A stretch of DNA of 63,932 nucleotides, counting the filler, from Collodictyon triciliatum (taxonomy: Eukaryota): assembly GCA_043381765.1 (NCBI GenBank). It is 9 parts of 9 records of this genome, joined end to end, with 100 filler letters (N's around TTAATTAATTAA, not from the genome) between each part and the next. Parts side by side here need not be neighbours in the genome. Positions count along the whole stretch, not along the records: positions 56,642 to 62,782 come from JBHJMP010003694.1; positions 62,883 to 63,932 come from JBHJMP010003789.1; 7 more parts are not named here. The stretch is one strand, 5' to 3'. A program made the position numbers and the translations under genes. Below are positions 61,827 to 63,932 of the stretch, in pieces (position 1 is the stretch's first letter; the number at the start of each line of letters is the position of its first letter). The notes beneath the pieces were generated by a model. The model searched no databases and was not told the DNA's origin. It saw only the letters and a list, made by a program, of their open reading frames with translations.

Positions 61827-62401
61827 AACCAGAGCACAACTATTCCATCCATCTTCTTCCTTTTCTCGCTCCTCTAAATAAAAATAATATTGAAATATTC
61901 AGGCATCGGTTTGGACTTTGTCGCAAGGCTCCAATTTCATTAGATGACAACCTTTACCAATACTACAGGACAGATGCATCCACACCCGTTATATTTTTTG
62001 GTATATCACAGATAGTATGGGGACTGTGAGGAAGTAAATCCTCCCTGTCATATAATTCATGAAATAGTCAACTTCTGCAGTTTAAAATATGGCAAGCGAT
62101 TCTCTTTCTGTTAGTTTTTTTTCTTTTTTTTCTTTTTGTTTCCCCCTGTATTCTACGTAGGCGAAAGGTATGTATGGCTTTTTTTTAAGTAACTGATTCT
62201 ATTATTGTTTTGATATTTTAGTGATTTACATGTAAAATTGTGAGAGAGCAATGTTTTTCTGTCGCGCTGGGGGTGAATTGATGAGATTTGATTGTTCGAA
62301 ATTGTGGACCCAACAGTAATTTAAATAATAATAATAACTAATTCACACACTCTTCCCTATCGCCACCGAAAATGAGTAAAATCTTTTGTTTCGATGCATA
62401 T

Positions 62402-62782
62402 TTATTTATTTGCATTTCGAAATGCCAGAGCAGCGATTTCTTTTGTCTTGCTGTCGATATCTTGTTGTATAAACCATTCCAGAGCCGGCAGAATATCACA
62501 CCGAAGTATAACTGGACGTGAGCGGTCTTTTGAGGCATACATAAGTGGAAGAAAGGAAAATAAAAATAAGTATCTGTCAGCAGCTTAGAGTTCATGTCCA
62601 CCTTAAGTTACGATTTTCTGTTGAGTTCCAAAGGTTTCATCCATTTAATATCTTGGTCGAATATGTTACCACAATCAGACATATTTGCCAAACACATGAC
62701 AGAAAGGTGGTGAATCCGTGGGAATTGCTCGTCGGTCTGGACCAATTCCGAAAGCAAGGGTATCATACCAAGGGACGAAAGC
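62402..62782 (-). CDS. Armadillo-repeat-like protein, last two exons (copy 2, cut by contig end)
   Basis: ~98% identical by eye to 58983-59363, including the intron; same stop codon. Confidence 0.6.
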
Positions 62783-62882
62783 NNNNNNNNNNNNNNNNNN
62801 NNNNNNNNNNNNNNNNNNNNNNNNNNTTAATTAATTAANNNNNNNNNNNNNNNNNNNNNNNNNNNNNNNNNNNNNNNNNNNN

Positions 62883-63361
62883 GAGAGATATAACAGAGAC
62901 AATATAAACGCATTTTGAAATGGAGAAGTAGAGACAAATTTTTCATGTGTGAAAAAAAAAATTAGCTTTGCAATTTAAACGTAAAATGGAAGAGGATAGA
63001 AAAGCTAGCGATGCGAGACTACCTGACCAAATGAATTCAAGTCCTGTGCAGACATCGTCATGTACTCCACAGCTTCAGGCAGGCTGATTGGGCTGCCTCC
63101 GTTTGGGGCAACTCACAGGCTGGCAGCCGGTCTCTTGCCCCAAACGGAGGCACCCCGAAGCCTGCCTGAAGCTGTGGAGTACATGACGATGTCTGCACAG
63201 GACTTGAATTCATTTGGTCAGGTAGTCTCGCATCGCTAGCTTTTCTATCCTCTTCCATTTTACGTTTAAATTGCCAAGCTAATTTTTTTTTTCACACATG
63301 AAAAATTTGTCTCTACTTCTCCATTTCAAAATGCGTTTATATTGTCTCTGTTATATCTCTC
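62883..63361. repeat. 479-bp fold-back inverted repeat
   Basis: Arms 62883-63085 and 63159-63361 (203 bp, one mismatch seen); inner perfect 18-bp stem 63094-63111/63135-63152. Confidence 0.95.
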
Positions 63362-63482
63362 CTCTTATTATGAAATGAACTATCTTGCTGGCAATGTATG
63401 TTGCCCTGATATACTTTTTTTATATGTAAGTAACATGATAATAACAATAATCACATGCTTATCCTTTTATTTCTTCCACAAG

Positions 63483-63659
63483 TTCAACTTGGGAATCATG
63501 TATCGAGATGGAATTGGGGTTGACAAGAATCCCTCATTGGCTGTGCATTACCTCACATTGGCCTCAGACAAAGGAGATGCGATTGCGCAAGTCTGTCCAC
63601 ACATAATGAACCATTCACAGCGTTTTCTTTATCCGCTTCATCTTCTCTTCCTACTGATT

Positions 63660-63744
<85 letters not shown>

Positions 63745-63932
63745 TTTTCACCCTTTTGCATACACGATGACAAACTCGATCCAGACATCCCACGCACATG
63801 ACCACCCTTGTGCATCCTTCCGACATTCCACTCATCACACATTTTCCACACCCATCCGCTTTTTACTCACACGGAGCCCACCGCCTGTCCAGATGCATCT
63901 GGGGCTGGCCTATCTTTCAGGAAACGGAGTCC
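63483..63932 (+). CDS. Sel1-like repeat protein, internal exons (partial)
   Basis: Exon 63483-63590 FNLGIMYRDGIGVDKNPSLAVHYLTLASDKGDAIAQ; exon from 63893 MHLGLAYLSGNGV. Confidence 0.85.
63663..63739. repeat. (CA)n intronic microsatellite
   Basis: Seen directly. Confidence 0.95.

Overview
Eukaryotic draft-assembly DNA from an AT-rich, intron-dense, microsatellite-rich genome. It is probably a protist; the Dictyostelium-type STAT hints at Amoebozoa or a relative (inference). The window is not one locus. Nine contigs are joined by 100-nt N44-TTAATTAATTAA-N44 linkers, and the first seven are 7996-7985 bp in near-descending order, so neighbours across linkers are probably unrelated. Recognisable genes: VPS50 3' end, a kinesin-3 with FHA domain, G6PD, an SCP/CTDSPL2-type phosphatase, an LRMDA-like LRR protein, PRMT5 5' end, a PARP1-like 5' half, a FYVE-PH protein, a NACHT-pentapeptide-WD40-Sel1 protein, a cyclic-nucleotide PDE, a claudin-like tetraspan, ARM and Sel1 fragments, and two identical tRNA-Ile(AAT). 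Main finding 1: manual splicing joins a TK/TKL-like kinase in frame to a complete STAT (coiled coil, DNA-binding domain, linker, SH2, C-terminal GY), giving a candidate one-polypeptide kinase-STAT (24426-29880). Main finding 2: a decayed Fanzor (eukaryotic TnpB) ORF is followed by a structured ~120-nt omegaRNA-like element that recurs on another contig with a different 3' flank and a Helitron-like end. Also notable are a bacterial-type secreted zinc-peptidase-like gene and a 479-bp fold-back palindrome. All family calls come from motif recognition by eye; no database searches were run.
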